A stretch of 64,000 bases of DNA from Octopus sinensis (Eukaryota), in assembly GCF_006345805.1 (NCBI RefSeq), contig NC_043009.1, positions 44,888,001 to 44,952,000 on the forward strand. Reading direction: 5' to 3'. Shown here one piece after another: positions 53,050 through 64,000 of this stretch. Each line of letters starts with the position of its first letter. Position 1 is the first letter of the stretch. Made by a program: the position numbers and the translations under genes. The notes under the pieces are model-generated. The model saw nothing but the letters and a program-made list of their open reading frames with translations, was not told where the DNA came from and searched no databases.

Positions 53050-55474
53050 TGTAAACGACCGTGCGAGGAGAGGTGATGAGGATGGCTCCTTTAGTACACC
53101 ACACGGTCGATACAATAAATACGAAAATGATAAATGAGTATAAGCGTCAGAAGGAAAAAGAGACACAATCGGGTAGAATGTTAAAGAGATTTTATTTATA
53201 TGTTAACATGTGTGTGTATACGTCATATATAAATAATAATAGACAGGCCGTCATGTATACAAAGTGTACGAGGGGCGTTCAATAAGTAATGCCCCTGACC
53301 CACTTGCATTTGTTTGATCTAGCTGAAATTTTGCATGTGCAATCATTTATATCTCTATAGAGTAAGTGGCGAATTACAGCTCTAATTGTGGTTTCTGATT
53401 TACAGGTGTTTGAACTGAGTCAAGTGTGAAATGGAGCCTGTTGAGTGTCGAGCAGTGATCTGGTTTTTGTATTTGAAAGGACGCACACCACGGGAGACTT
53501 TTGATGAAATGAAAGTAACTTATGGTGATGATGCCCCATCATATGACCTTGTAAAACGCTGGCATTGTGAATTCAAACATAGTCGGAACTCTGTGGAAAC
53601 AGCTCCCAGATCTGGTCACCCCCTTCTGCCGTTGATGAGACATCTGTCCGTCAAGTTGAGGCTGCCATTTTGGAAGGTCAACGCATAACTATTCGCCAAA
53701 TAGCCCATAAGATCAAGAATAGTACCGGGTCTGTGGAAACTATCATTCATGACCATTTGCATATGCAAAAGGTGTCTGCCAGATGGATTTCCGGGTTGCT
53801 CACACCTTTCCAGAAGCAAGAACGCGTTGAGTGCTCGAGGATGAATTTGGAGATGTGCCAAGAAGATGAGTCAAAATTTTTAAAAGACTGATCACACAGG
53901 ATAAAACCTGGGTCCATCACTATGATCCATAGACCAAAGCCCAGTCAATGCAGTGAAAGCAAAGAAGGCAAGGGTGCAGCCCTCCGCTGACAAGGTTATG
54001 CTCACAGTCTTATGGGACCAGGACAGAGTAGTGATGACAGATTTCCTGGCAAAGGGTACTACAATTACAGGAGCCTATTATGCTTCACTTTTGAGGAAAT
54101 TAAGAGAAGCTATCAAAATCAAGAGGCGGGGCAAGATCAGCAAAGGCATCCTCCTCCTGCAGGACAACGCTCCGGTCCACAACTCGCGTGTCGCCAGATC
54201 AGAAGCACAGGCGTGCAGCTATGAACTCCTCCCCTTGCACCCTCTGATTTTTACCTCTTCCCAGCCATGAAGTTGATTTTGAAAGGAAAGCGTTTCCCAG
54301 ATGATGCAGCCTTGATTTCTGAAGTCACGTCGTGGTTGGAGGACCAAGCTGGGGTCTTCTACAAAAACGGTCTCCAGAGCTGTATCAAACGATGGGAGAA
54401 ATGCATAACTCTGGGTAGTTCCTATGTAGGAAAAGACTAATAACTGTGCCAAGTGTCGTTGCTCTACTGCTATGGGAAGTGGGTCAGGGGCATTACTTAT
54501 TGAACGCCCCTCGTATGTGTGTGCATTAAGTACAGAGCATTGAAAGAGTCTATAATATGATATATTATAGGATGATAATAGGTACACGATAGTTAAAGTG
54601 CTGTAACAAGAAGTTGTGGCTACTATGCTGCTGCCGGTCACTTGATACAGGAAGTTCTCGCAGGTTGTATTTGCTGCTAACCATAGTGAAGTGATTCACA
54701 AACAGTGTTGAGATAGAATCAGTGCGGGGGTTGCTAGTTGCTATGTACGTAGAGAGATATTGTTGACAACGTTAAGAAGACGGTGGCGACAGAGATGGTG
54801 GTCCTGAATGCTGCTGGATGAAGTTGAGTCTCCATGTGGCTGCTGTTGTGTTGTCGCTGGAACTGGCTGTGTCCTGTGTGGTCAGTGGCTAGACCGTAAA
54901 AGGTCTGGAATCGAAAGACATCGAGACGGTGTGAAGCTAGCTTTTTATAGTGTGTTATCGACTCACCGGAAGTTTGGGAGAGACTTCTCACGTGACCTTA
55001 TCAGAAGGCTGCATTAGTTGGGTTGCATCTTGGCGCGCAATAGAACAAGAGACAAATTGCGCCAATACCAACTAATCAGAGCAGTGGACACAACAGGGTC
55101 TAATGGTTCGCCGAAGGCTAGCTGTTATCTACTACGTCCGTATTTATGTATATATAACAGAGAGAGTGGAATTTCCCTCAAGTCGTACGCTACAGATAGC
55201 CCCCCACCAATCATTTTGTGGAAGGCAAAATAAACGATAAAAGGTAGACATATCTGTAGCGAAGAGGTGAAATTAGAAAGAACGGTTGGTCATGAAGTTG
55301 GTATTGGGTCACCAATTTGGAAAATGACCGTGCGAACGTCGGGTACGACCCCGTATCACGTCGGGTACGACCGCGTATCACGTCGGGGTCACCATTTTGT
55401 AAACGACCGTGCGAAGGAGAGGTGATGAGAATGACTCCTTTAGTAAACCACATGGTTGATACAATAAATACGAA
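53050..55474 (-). mobile_element. Small non-coding LTR-type element (TRIM-like) interrupted by a mariner
   Basis: 76-77-bp direct repeats at 53050-53125 and 55398-55474 ending ..GTTTACA on the - strand; 18/18 tRNA-Trp PBS at 55377-55394; possible 5-bp TSD agtgt; no PPT seen. Confidence 0.6.
53269..54513 (+). mobile_element. Full-length mariner, irritans-like, transposase pseudogene
   Basis: Perfect 37-bp TIRs cgaggggcgttcaataagtaatgcccctgacccactt; TA TSD at 53267-68 and 54514-15; MEPVECRAVIWFL, SARWI, LLQDNAPVH; frameshifts. Confidence 0.97.
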
Positions 55475-55748
55475 AGTGTTTTTAAAATAGCTCCGTTCTC
55501 TACTTATCGATAAAGTTTATACATACTCTGTATTAATTTATACTTGTATCTGTTAAATAAAATAATGTTCTTTTATTTATTTATTTAATTTTTCTCCTAT
55601 AAACGTTATACTGTATACATGGCACAGTATTATATATTTTAAGAATTTTAAGTGGATTAATAAATATCAAGTAGATCTCGCGTTAGAAGTGTATTAATTA
55701 GAATCTTTATATTTCGTAGTTTATTGTATAATCTAAGTATACATTTAC

Positions 55749-55943
55749 ACGCAAGCATAGCTGTGTGGCAAAAACTTTGCTTCGCAACGGAATGGGCTCA
55801 GGTTCTGTCTCACTGCGTGACACCTTGGGCATGTGCCTTCTACAACAGCTCCGAATCGAAGTCCCGAACCGACCAAAGCTTTGTGAACGGATTTTGTAGA
55901 CGGAAATCGAAAGAAGCCCGTTGTGCGTGCGTGCGTGCGTGTA

Positions 55944-55988
<45 letters not shown>

Positions 55989-56212
55989 TGTGTGCGTGGG
56001 TGAGTGAGAGAGAGAGAGAGAGAGAGAGACCAGTGCTTAACAACTGGTGTTGGTTTGTTTAGTTCCCCGTAACTTAGCGGTTCGACAAAAGAACGGATAG
56101 AGTGTCAGCCTTTTGAAGATAAGTACTATGGTCGACTAAAACTCCTTCTAAGCTGGTACCACAGTATGACCGCAGTCGAATGACTGAAAAAAGGTAAAAG
56201 GTTAAAGAGGAA
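55749..56212 (+). mobile_element. SINE family 2
   Basis: Head, (GT)n/(GA)n centre and tail match 27670-28031. Confidence 0.85.
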
Positions 56213-56692
56213 AGACTGTCTCCGGAAAATCCAGGAATCCAGGACGCACCTGGTATCAAGCTTACCGGATAAATTGGTCCGGTACTGCATTTCTTTCAAA
56301 CGTACTCTTTACTTCCGGTCAAACAAACATAACAGTTTAAATGAACTTATGGATTTCACAATTACTGGTTTAAAATAATACTCTGACTGGATCGATTTTT
56401 CTTTAATGAGGTCAGAGAATAAACCTTGAAGATCGGTTGTTGGTGACACCGAGTTCAACTTAAGCAAAGTGAATGTTTGCCCAGATAAGGGACACCAAAT
56501 GTAACGTGTCCATACAGTAGTCTGGTTGGTAACAATTATGAGGAAATTCATTTGACGAGCGATCGCAATACTAAACAAAATAATACGCTGAATCTTGTAA
56601 TAAAGACATAAAACATCTTTTCTGCTGATTATGCTTAGAATTTTGCTTTTAGCTGACTTCAGCAACAATTCTAATTGTATGTGTGTGTGTGG

Positions 56693-56763
<71 letters not shown>

Positions 56764-56788
56764 ATATATATATGTGTGTGTGTGTATG

Positions 56789-56820
<32 letters not shown>

Positions 56821-57010
56821 CGCGCGCGCGTGTGTGTTTATGTATATATATATATGAGTTTGGCGGGATATATTATCCGGGCGGATACCGTATTAGCTTT
56901 CAGTTAAATTCTAGTTAACAGCTAACTACAACTATCAGTATCTAACGTCTGTGTCTATACTTAATTGTTAATCACTCCGTGTATTCTTCCGATGGGTAAT
57001 TCTGTGTACT

Positions 57011-57169
57011 CACTAACGTACCTAGAAGTGGGGAAGGGGCGGTCCGCCCTGGGCGGCACTTCTCATCCTGTTGTAGGATATTGTTGTAGGCAATATGTGC
57101 TTTTGTAGGGTTCGGCGGTGACAAACAGAAGGGCCGCCTCGGGCGGCACACACTCTAGCTACGCTAGTG
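57011..57169. mobile_element. hAT-like MITE (159 bp)
   Basis: TIR cacta(a/g)cgta(c/g)ctaga; 8-bp TSD tgtgtact / cgtgtact. Confidence 0.8.
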
Positions 57170-57224
57170 CGTGTACTCTCTGCTGGACGGTGAAAATTGT
57201 CTGGAGTATATAATAATATTAATA

Positions 57225-57860
57225 ATAATAATAAAGAGTATGGAGACTTGTACATCCGCAAAATTTATTTCATAGTTATATCCAGCATATTATAATGACC
57301 TACACATGTTTCCGCAGCTCGACAACTCACTGTTGCAAATGTAACCTTGCAATATTGTCAGAACCGCTTCGTCAGTGTCCGTCCATTAGGTCATCCTCGA
57401 AGTGAACTGATTAAAGTAAATTTTTGTTAATTAGTGTTCTGTGGGAGGTGGGGGTGTTGTTATTCATAGGTATGTGCTGTTCACCTCAACTTCACTCCAG
57501 TCGCTGTCTAAAGTTAGGGCTTAGTCTTAAAATAAGTTAAGGTCGGAATTATTGTTTTGTAAGTCTTTTTGTTCGTTTTAAAAGCTGCATGTATTATGTT
57601 TTTGATCTCGAGTGTAGTGTTTATATTGAAGGGTTCATGTTTGTTTATATTCATTTTTTGGTTGGGATGTTCATGATTTGTATTATACATTGGGTAGGGT
57701 TTTTGTTTTGTTATTATTAACGATGATTTAGGTTTTGTTGTTCTGTTTGTTATATTAAGCTCAATTGTTGCTGGAGCGTTGACTATCTAGAATTATAGTT
57801 ACACCCCAGCAACAATTTTGATATAACAAATAGAATAACATAACCTAAACGTAAAAAAAT
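57225..57860 (-). mobile_element. PLE-like remnant with hammerhead motif and fold-back at the truncation point
   Basis: Hammerhead motif at 57297-57379; inverted arms at about 57728-57790 and 57811-57860; (TTA)n tail at 57225. Confidence 0.55.
57297..57379 (-). ncRNA. Type I hammerhead-like motif with a large stem II loop
   Basis: gaca CTGACGA A gcgg [about 46 nt] ctgc G GAA ACATGTGT A ggtc; one stem I mismatch. Confidence 0.55.
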
Positions 57861-58322
57861 ATTTAATAACCATCACTAATAAAACACATGTAGGTCATAC
57901 TGTATATAACAATAATATCGTGATCATTATTATTATGTGTGTGCGTGTGTGTATGTGTGTGTGTGTATCATCGACCACATATACACAATGTATGTGCACT
58001 GCTAGTTCGTCAGTCGTCTGCATTTGTAAGCGTTGGAGATGACCCTCTTAAAGCGCCGGGTATTAAAACACCTACAAGTCATAGTCATAAACAAAGGAGA
58101 CAACTCGTCCCATTCAGGAGCGACGGACATCGATATTTCTCTATTTTTGCGGCTTATCAACATCACGTACCTAACGCGAACCGGGGGTAAATTGAGAAAT
58201 CTGTCATGACTATATGTAATTCATATTCGAATTTATTCCAACGTATGCATCGTTCGGGCATACCGGCGGATGACTTTTACGTCATTTTACATCCTGTGTC
58301 ATGCTGAATTTCCCTGAGAACT

Positions 58323-58370
<48 letters not shown>

Positions 58371-58429
58371 CCATCATCATCATTATCATCACCACCACCA
58401 TTACCGTTTCCAAGGATAAATAAACCACA

Positions 58430-58780
58430 TCGTATATATCATAATGAATTATATAACAAATTTATTGAGCGAAAACACCTAAAGCTCCACGAAGCTCCGG
58501 CAGGGGATGGTGGTGATCCCTGCTGTACTCTTTCACCACAACTTTCTCTCACTCTTAATTCCTGTTTCTGTTGTACCTGTATTTCAAAGGGCCGGCCTTG
58601 TCACTCTCTGTGTCACGCTGAATATCCCCGAGAACTACGTTAAGGGTACACGTGTCTGTGGAGTGCTCAGCCACTTACACGTTAATTTCACGAGCAGGCT
58701 GTTCCGTTGATTCGGATCAACCGGAACCCTCGTCGTCGTAACCGACGGAGTGCTTCCCATCCATCCATATAACAAATACA
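58430..58780 (+). mobile_element. Unclassified interspersed repeat, probably a LINE 3' end or SINE
   Basis: CpG-rich block ending ..cgtcgtcgtaaccgacggagtgcttcccatccatcc with terminal hairpins; classification inferred. Confidence 0.35.
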
Positions 58781-59369
58781 CACACATTTCCCAAGTTCGT
58801 GTTTTTAATTATGATTGTGAACAAAGGCAGGCGGTAGACAGCGACAAATATTCGCTTCTCGCCAGATGCCACAACCGCTCATTTGCATCCCACGTTATAC
58901 TGTAACAAATTGCAGTTTTGTGTTTCTCAATTAACAATATCAATTGTCAAATTATATTTAATTATCACTTTATTTATGCAACCTGTGCCATTGTTTTGTG
59001 TGTTATCCTTGTCTTTCACATCCTGCATCATCATTGCCTTGAAACTGTCCTATCTCACACAAACTTCTCATTCAAAGTGTTTGTGATTAATCGGGTTTAA
59101 GATTCATTAGAATTTAGGTATTTTAACATTCAGGATTCCTGGGGAAAGTGTCGACTCACACGTACGTAGAAGTATCATACACATACCGTACATCCTTTTA
59201 TATACGCGCATATATACAAATATTATTTTATTCTCTTACTTGTTTTAGTGATTTGACTGCGGCCATATTGGTGCACCGCCTTTTAGCCGAACAAATGTGT
59301 CGGTGTTCACTGAGTCCTGCAATTCTCATCAATTCACGCTGATAGCCTCACTCTTCATCGACGGACGAA

Positions 59370-59785
59370 CCTGGAGGGTCTTGTCTCAAACTTTGGCATT
59401 CAAAGTTACCCCCAACAGTAGAACGGGGCGCCACTGCATGGTGCCAAAGATCCCAACATCACCATCAAAATACAGGACCAGATACTGCAACAGCTTGGGT
59501 TTCGGAGGACTACAGCTCTTCAATATCCTTCCTAAATGCCTGAGAGGCCTGCATGGTGTGGATGTGGGTTTCTTTAAAACTAAACTGGATCTCTTTTTGT
59601 CAGGGGTCCCAGATGAACCTACCTCTCGGCAGGAAATACAGGTGCGGGCAGCGGCATCGAACTCCCTTGTTGATCAAGTGCCATGTATCAGAGATGGTTC
59701 CACATACTAGTGTAGCTCATTCAACAGTGGTGCCCCAGCATGGCCGCAGCCTTCGGGCTGAAACATTTTTAAGGATTTAAGGATA
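59370..59785 (+). mobile_element. CR1-clade LINE 3' end
   Basis: SRTGRHCMVP..NSLGF.GLQLFNILPKCLR..FFKTKLDLFLSGVPDEP..RAAASNSLVDQ; 3' hairpin and aaggat tail. Confidence 0.85.
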
Positions 59786-60049
59786 TGTATATAAAGTTTG
59801 GAAACTTTCGATTCGTAGTGTGGTTTGCAACGTGTTTGGATGGGAATCAGTAAGTGGTTCTGGTGTAGAACTAATAGTGTGCTTATGGTGTGGCTTGTAA
59901 AGTGTTTGGATATGCAGTTGGTTATGTGTATTGTCGTTTTGTTGATGATATCCGTTCTTTTTGTTAAACATCAGTGAGCGGGGTGCTTTTGATGTTGACC
60001 AGCAGGGAAATTGGTATTCAACGGCAGCTTGAAATGAGTTCGAACCCTT

Positions 60050-60380
60050 TGATTTGGGTTTGCCTTTCATCGGTCATGCTTCAATGCTGCAACAGTTTCA
60101 AATGCCTCAAAAGAAGCCTAATATATTACGTTGGTGCATCGTCCAACAACACTTCAACCGGCAATATATGACTCAGCGAAAATACATGAAGAAGCCGCTT
60201 GCACTGACACAATAGTTCATTCTATCGATACATGTTGAGGAAAGATACTGCATATTCCAAATACATTTGGAAATCAAAGGATTCAGAAATTAGTAAAAGT
60301 ACAGCATGGATAATTATAGACAGTGTAACAGCATGCAGAAACTGATCCAATACTTCTAATAATTTTCTTTTGAAGTGTTG
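60050..60380 (+). pseudogene. Penelope GIY-YIG C-terminal remnant
   Basis: IYYVGASSN..HNSSF..TAYSKYIWKSKDSEI..AWIII, with stops. Confidence 0.6.
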
Positions 60381-61197
60381 TCTATCGTTATCATTTCGTT
60401 ATCCAATTCGATGGCTGGTTCATTTTTCGTTGGTCGCTAGTGTGTACCTTTATATTGAGTTTTTAAATTCTCTTTTCCTGAAATTGTTTATCTGGACGTG
60501 GTTTCTCTTTCAGTTCAGCAGTTATTCAGCCTCTGTTAGTTGACTGCATAATTGAATCTTGTGCCTTGTTTTTTCCAGAGTTGTTTATCGCTTTAATTAT
60601 CAGTTGGATAGTTGACCTCTATCCATTTTGTTGATTACTTCATTCACCCGCTCTTTCCTTACACTTGCCAATAGATCTAACATCTAAATTATTATTTTAT
60701 ACCAGAAGTCGATAAAGATGTTTTTGATAGACTCAGCAGTAGTATCTGATGTCTCAAAAATGTCTATCTTTACCGCAGGTTAATATGTTTTGTTTTCATT
60801 TTATTCTACTGCTACAGCTGCTGCTGCAAGTGGTTGTGCTCCCACAGCTAACTCCAGTACTGTTGCTGCAACTGGTGTTTACTTTGTTTGCAGCGTATAC
60901 TAGTTTTTATAAATAAATTTGTATTGGCGACTGTAACGTGATATAACCTATATTTTCTGTTCAGCAAGCGTAACCGATATGTATGTATACGCGCGCGTAT
61001 AACATCTACTGGAGTAAAAAAACGTTGGGTGCATTGTAACTATGTTTGCATGTCAACAAGAAAAAACACTGAGATGATACATATACAACATGGTAGATGC
61101 AGAGTTTTGTACAGTTCTATTTGATACATTTACATACACGTATATATATGTCTACTTTGACTACTGAATATATATATGTATATATATATATATATAT

Positions 61198-61416
61198 ATT
61201 TAAAACTATAAATTAGAGTATCTGGGAGATACCGCCACGCTGAAATAGCAGTCAAAACCCTGACCCTAAGGCCACATTAAATGTTCATATAGCACCAGGA
61301 GAGTAGACAGAGAGAGAAAACAAACCAGCAAAAAAGATTTTTCTGGATAATTCAGGGTTTGACTGCTATTTCAGCGTGGTGGTATCTCTCAGATACCCTA
61401 ATTTATAGTTTTAAAT
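61198..61416. repeat. Fold-back element with about 65-bp arms (61198-61263 and 61352-61416)
   Basis: tatttaaaactataaattagagtatctgggagataccgccacgctgaaatagcagtcaaaaccctga and its reverse complement. Confidence 0.85.
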
Positions 61417-62019
61417 AATTATTACCTTTGTATGGTATTCTTTTCCCATGCTGGCCACTTGATAAGATCGATACTTAAATATGGATATTATCTTTATTTA
61501 GAAATTTATATATATATATATATGAATAATTGAGTAGTTGAATGAATTATCTTATTATGGATAATTCGGTTACCCGATACCTGGGTAGCAAATTCACGTC
61601 AGAAAAACACGGTTGAAGCTACATGCCTAGGGCAGAGATCACGTGCTATCGTGTGGTAATTCGTCGTTCAACTCCATTCTTTCATTTATTTGTATATATA
61701 TATATGCATACAAACACAAACACACACAAACTCACTCACACACACACACACACCACACACACACACAGATATATATATAATTGCTCTTATACACTCATAT
61801 GAAATAGGATTCTTTAAATATCTCCTCAATCAGCAGAAGCAAGATAAATGCAACATCGCGTACTCATATGCATGCGCACGTGCACACGCACTCCTCACGT
61901 TTTGGTGACGTTGAACCAAAGGCAGAAATCATTCTGCTTTATAGAACATTATATTTAATACATTTTGAAGTTTTTCCCTACTGCAATAGGTTTAATATCT
62001 TTAAGCGTTAATATATAAT

Positions 62020-62165
62020 ATTGAGGTTTCAGATTCTGCTAAGGTCCACTTTGCCTTTCATTCTTTCGGAGTCGTTAAAATAAGTACCAGCTGAGCAGTG
62101 GGGTCGATTTAATCGATTCAGCCCTTCCCATCAAAACTGCTGGCCTTGTGCCCAACATTTTAAAA
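62020..62165 (+). mobile_element. SINE family 1 (5'-truncated)
   Basis: ctttgcctttcattctttcggagtcgttaaaataagtaccagctgagcagtggggtcgat.. Confidence 0.75.
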
Positions 62166-62574
62166 AATATATAATATTAAGGTATATGGGAGCCGTACCT
62201 GTCTAACATCAAAATATTAACCATTTCCTGCATTAAATTATGATTTTTGTATTGAATTTAAACTCATTTGTTTCGGGTTTTTTTTTTCTATATTTAATAA
62301 TTAATGATTATAGTCTTAATGTAGTGGGTGGAGTCCAGCTGACCCAGCTTTTTCTGCTATTGTTCTACTTAGAAATAAATATGTGATTCATCATTTGGTT
62401 GAACATATGAACGTAAGCTTTTATTCTTAGAATCTACGCTTTAGTTTGTTACCATTATAATTCCGTGCGTGTATCAAGTATTTTCCATATTTTTTACACT
62501 ACAACGCACATTCTTTGTGGTTTTCTTCAAACCATCCAAACAAGGAGAATCCAGTAATAGCAGCCCAGCAAGTA

Positions 62575-62700
62575 CCGTATTTTCTAGCACACAAATCAAC
62601 ATGGTATATAAGTCGAGATAGATTTTCCGATCAAAAACTCAGTGTTTAAGTCTATACTCATCGTATAAGTCGACCTTCTTTCTCCCGGCGAACCATTCTA
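62575..62700 (+). mobile_element. Possible pogo/Tc1-like DNA transposon left end
   Basis: TA followed by ccgtattttc and repeated tataagtcga subterminal motifs; no right end seen. Confidence 0.35.
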
Positions 62701-64000
62701 CCAGAGATTTTTCTTTGAAGGTATCTTTTGATTGGATTGGTATTTTTGACGAAAGAGAAGTTCGCAACAGGATGAAAAAATCGAAATAAAAACTCAACTT
62801 TCTATTTGAAATAATGTCAAATTATTTCAATTTTAATATTTGCCTTCATTTATGATCATAACCGCACATCAATATGAATGCCAAGTATGAAGAGAATTAA
62901 TAGTTAACTAAAATGTTTGCTATATACCGTCATGGCGGACTTGAAGTGTAAACATTCAAATATTGTTACTATCTTTCCAAATCCTGCTACATTTCACGTT
63001 ATGTTTTTGTTCGCCTTTTTTTTTTGGCTGTAAATTTTGGTCCGAAAAACTTAACTTGTATACCGGAAAATATAGTAACTAATATAGTTTGGATTATTTC
63101 ATTGTCACAAAAAGATGATTCTACATATCCCCATATTACTCGGATGTCTTTGTTTAAGCCAAATTCAAAGCGATGTCGAATAAGACAATTCTATCAATTG
63201 CACTCACATTATCTTCAATCTATCAACCTTTAATATCAACAAAATAGCTGGTAGGAGGGACATTACCTCAAGGAAGCGTTCAGTTTATTAAATACACATA
63301 CAGTGGGGGTCTTATATTTGTAATCATCAGAGTAATTAGTAACAATTAGTAGATAATAATACCCTAGCAGTTTAAGTAAGGCAAGAATACATATAATGTA
63401 GTACTATATACAACTAAAATACACGATAATCATGACTAGAATGCTTTTAATTATAGGACTGATTGATCAAGGTTAACATTTATGCTAACTCACTGTCCTT
63501 AACATACTTCTAATTGCTTGACTTCAATCACCTCAAAATAACAAAGCTTGCTTCGATTTACAAAAGCGATATTTGCGTCATTTTACGTCACTAGAAAGAG
63601 ACTTGAGTTACTTCACTTAACTACCATCACTTAACTACCACCAACTATTTCACTTACTTCCATCACCTCACTAGAGAGCGGCATCATTTCCACAAAAACG
63701 AGGCTTGTGTCACTCCATGCGAACGAGGTTTGCATTGATTCATTGGAGTGTGATTTGCGTCACTTAAATCGAACGAGATTTAGTATCAGTTCACTGCTAT
63801 AGAGAGCTTCAGTCACATAATACGAGTCTTAAGTCTCTTCATAAGGACAAAGTATCAATTATTTCAAAACAAAACATGCGTGATTTCAATAAAGCAAAGC
63901 TCATCTCACTTTAGAAGAACTAAGTAAATGTGTTTGATACGTAACGGGCCATACTAAACACGCACATCATAGAGTACTGTTCTGTTATGTATCAAAAGAG

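Noticed and set aside
56309-56668. 119-aa minus-strand ORF in non-repeat DNA
   Set aside because: No recognisable domain, no convincing splice sites, and an ORF of this length can occur by chance
59925-59955. YCRFVDDI, resembling an RT catalytic motif
   Set aside because: Too close to the GIY-YIG remnant to be its RT, and no other RT motifs are present

Overview
Repeat-dense eukaryotic DNA, about 35% GC by eye, full of (TA)n, (CA)n, (GA)n and (CAT)n microsatellites. The repeat repertoire and microsatellite load suggest an octopus or other coleoid cephalopod genome (inference, not searched). No host protein-coding gene can be named, and most ORFs in the track are microsatellite read-throughs. 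Supported content: a young RTE-clade LINE with an intact 3' ORF carrying a PHD-type finger inside the RT, many RTE 3'-end fragments, CR1-like and Tx1-like LINE remnants, two abundant tRNA-derived SINE families, three mariner elements from two families, three hAT MITEs with 8-bp TSDs, a Helentron-type HINE, and a small LTR element with a perfect tRNA-Trp PBS. The most striking pattern is about ten fold-back insertions typical of 5'-truncated Penelope-like elements (PLEs). Six sequence families among them carry minimal hammerhead-ribozyme cores, and three of those use the compensatory U3-A8 core (UUGANAA) instead of C3-G8 (CUGANGA). CpG content rises abruptly near 37 kb, next to a TATA-Inr-ATG|GTAAG candidate first exon on the + strand. 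Repeat coordinates are hand-read and approximate to about 10 bp unless TSDs or TIRs are quoted.
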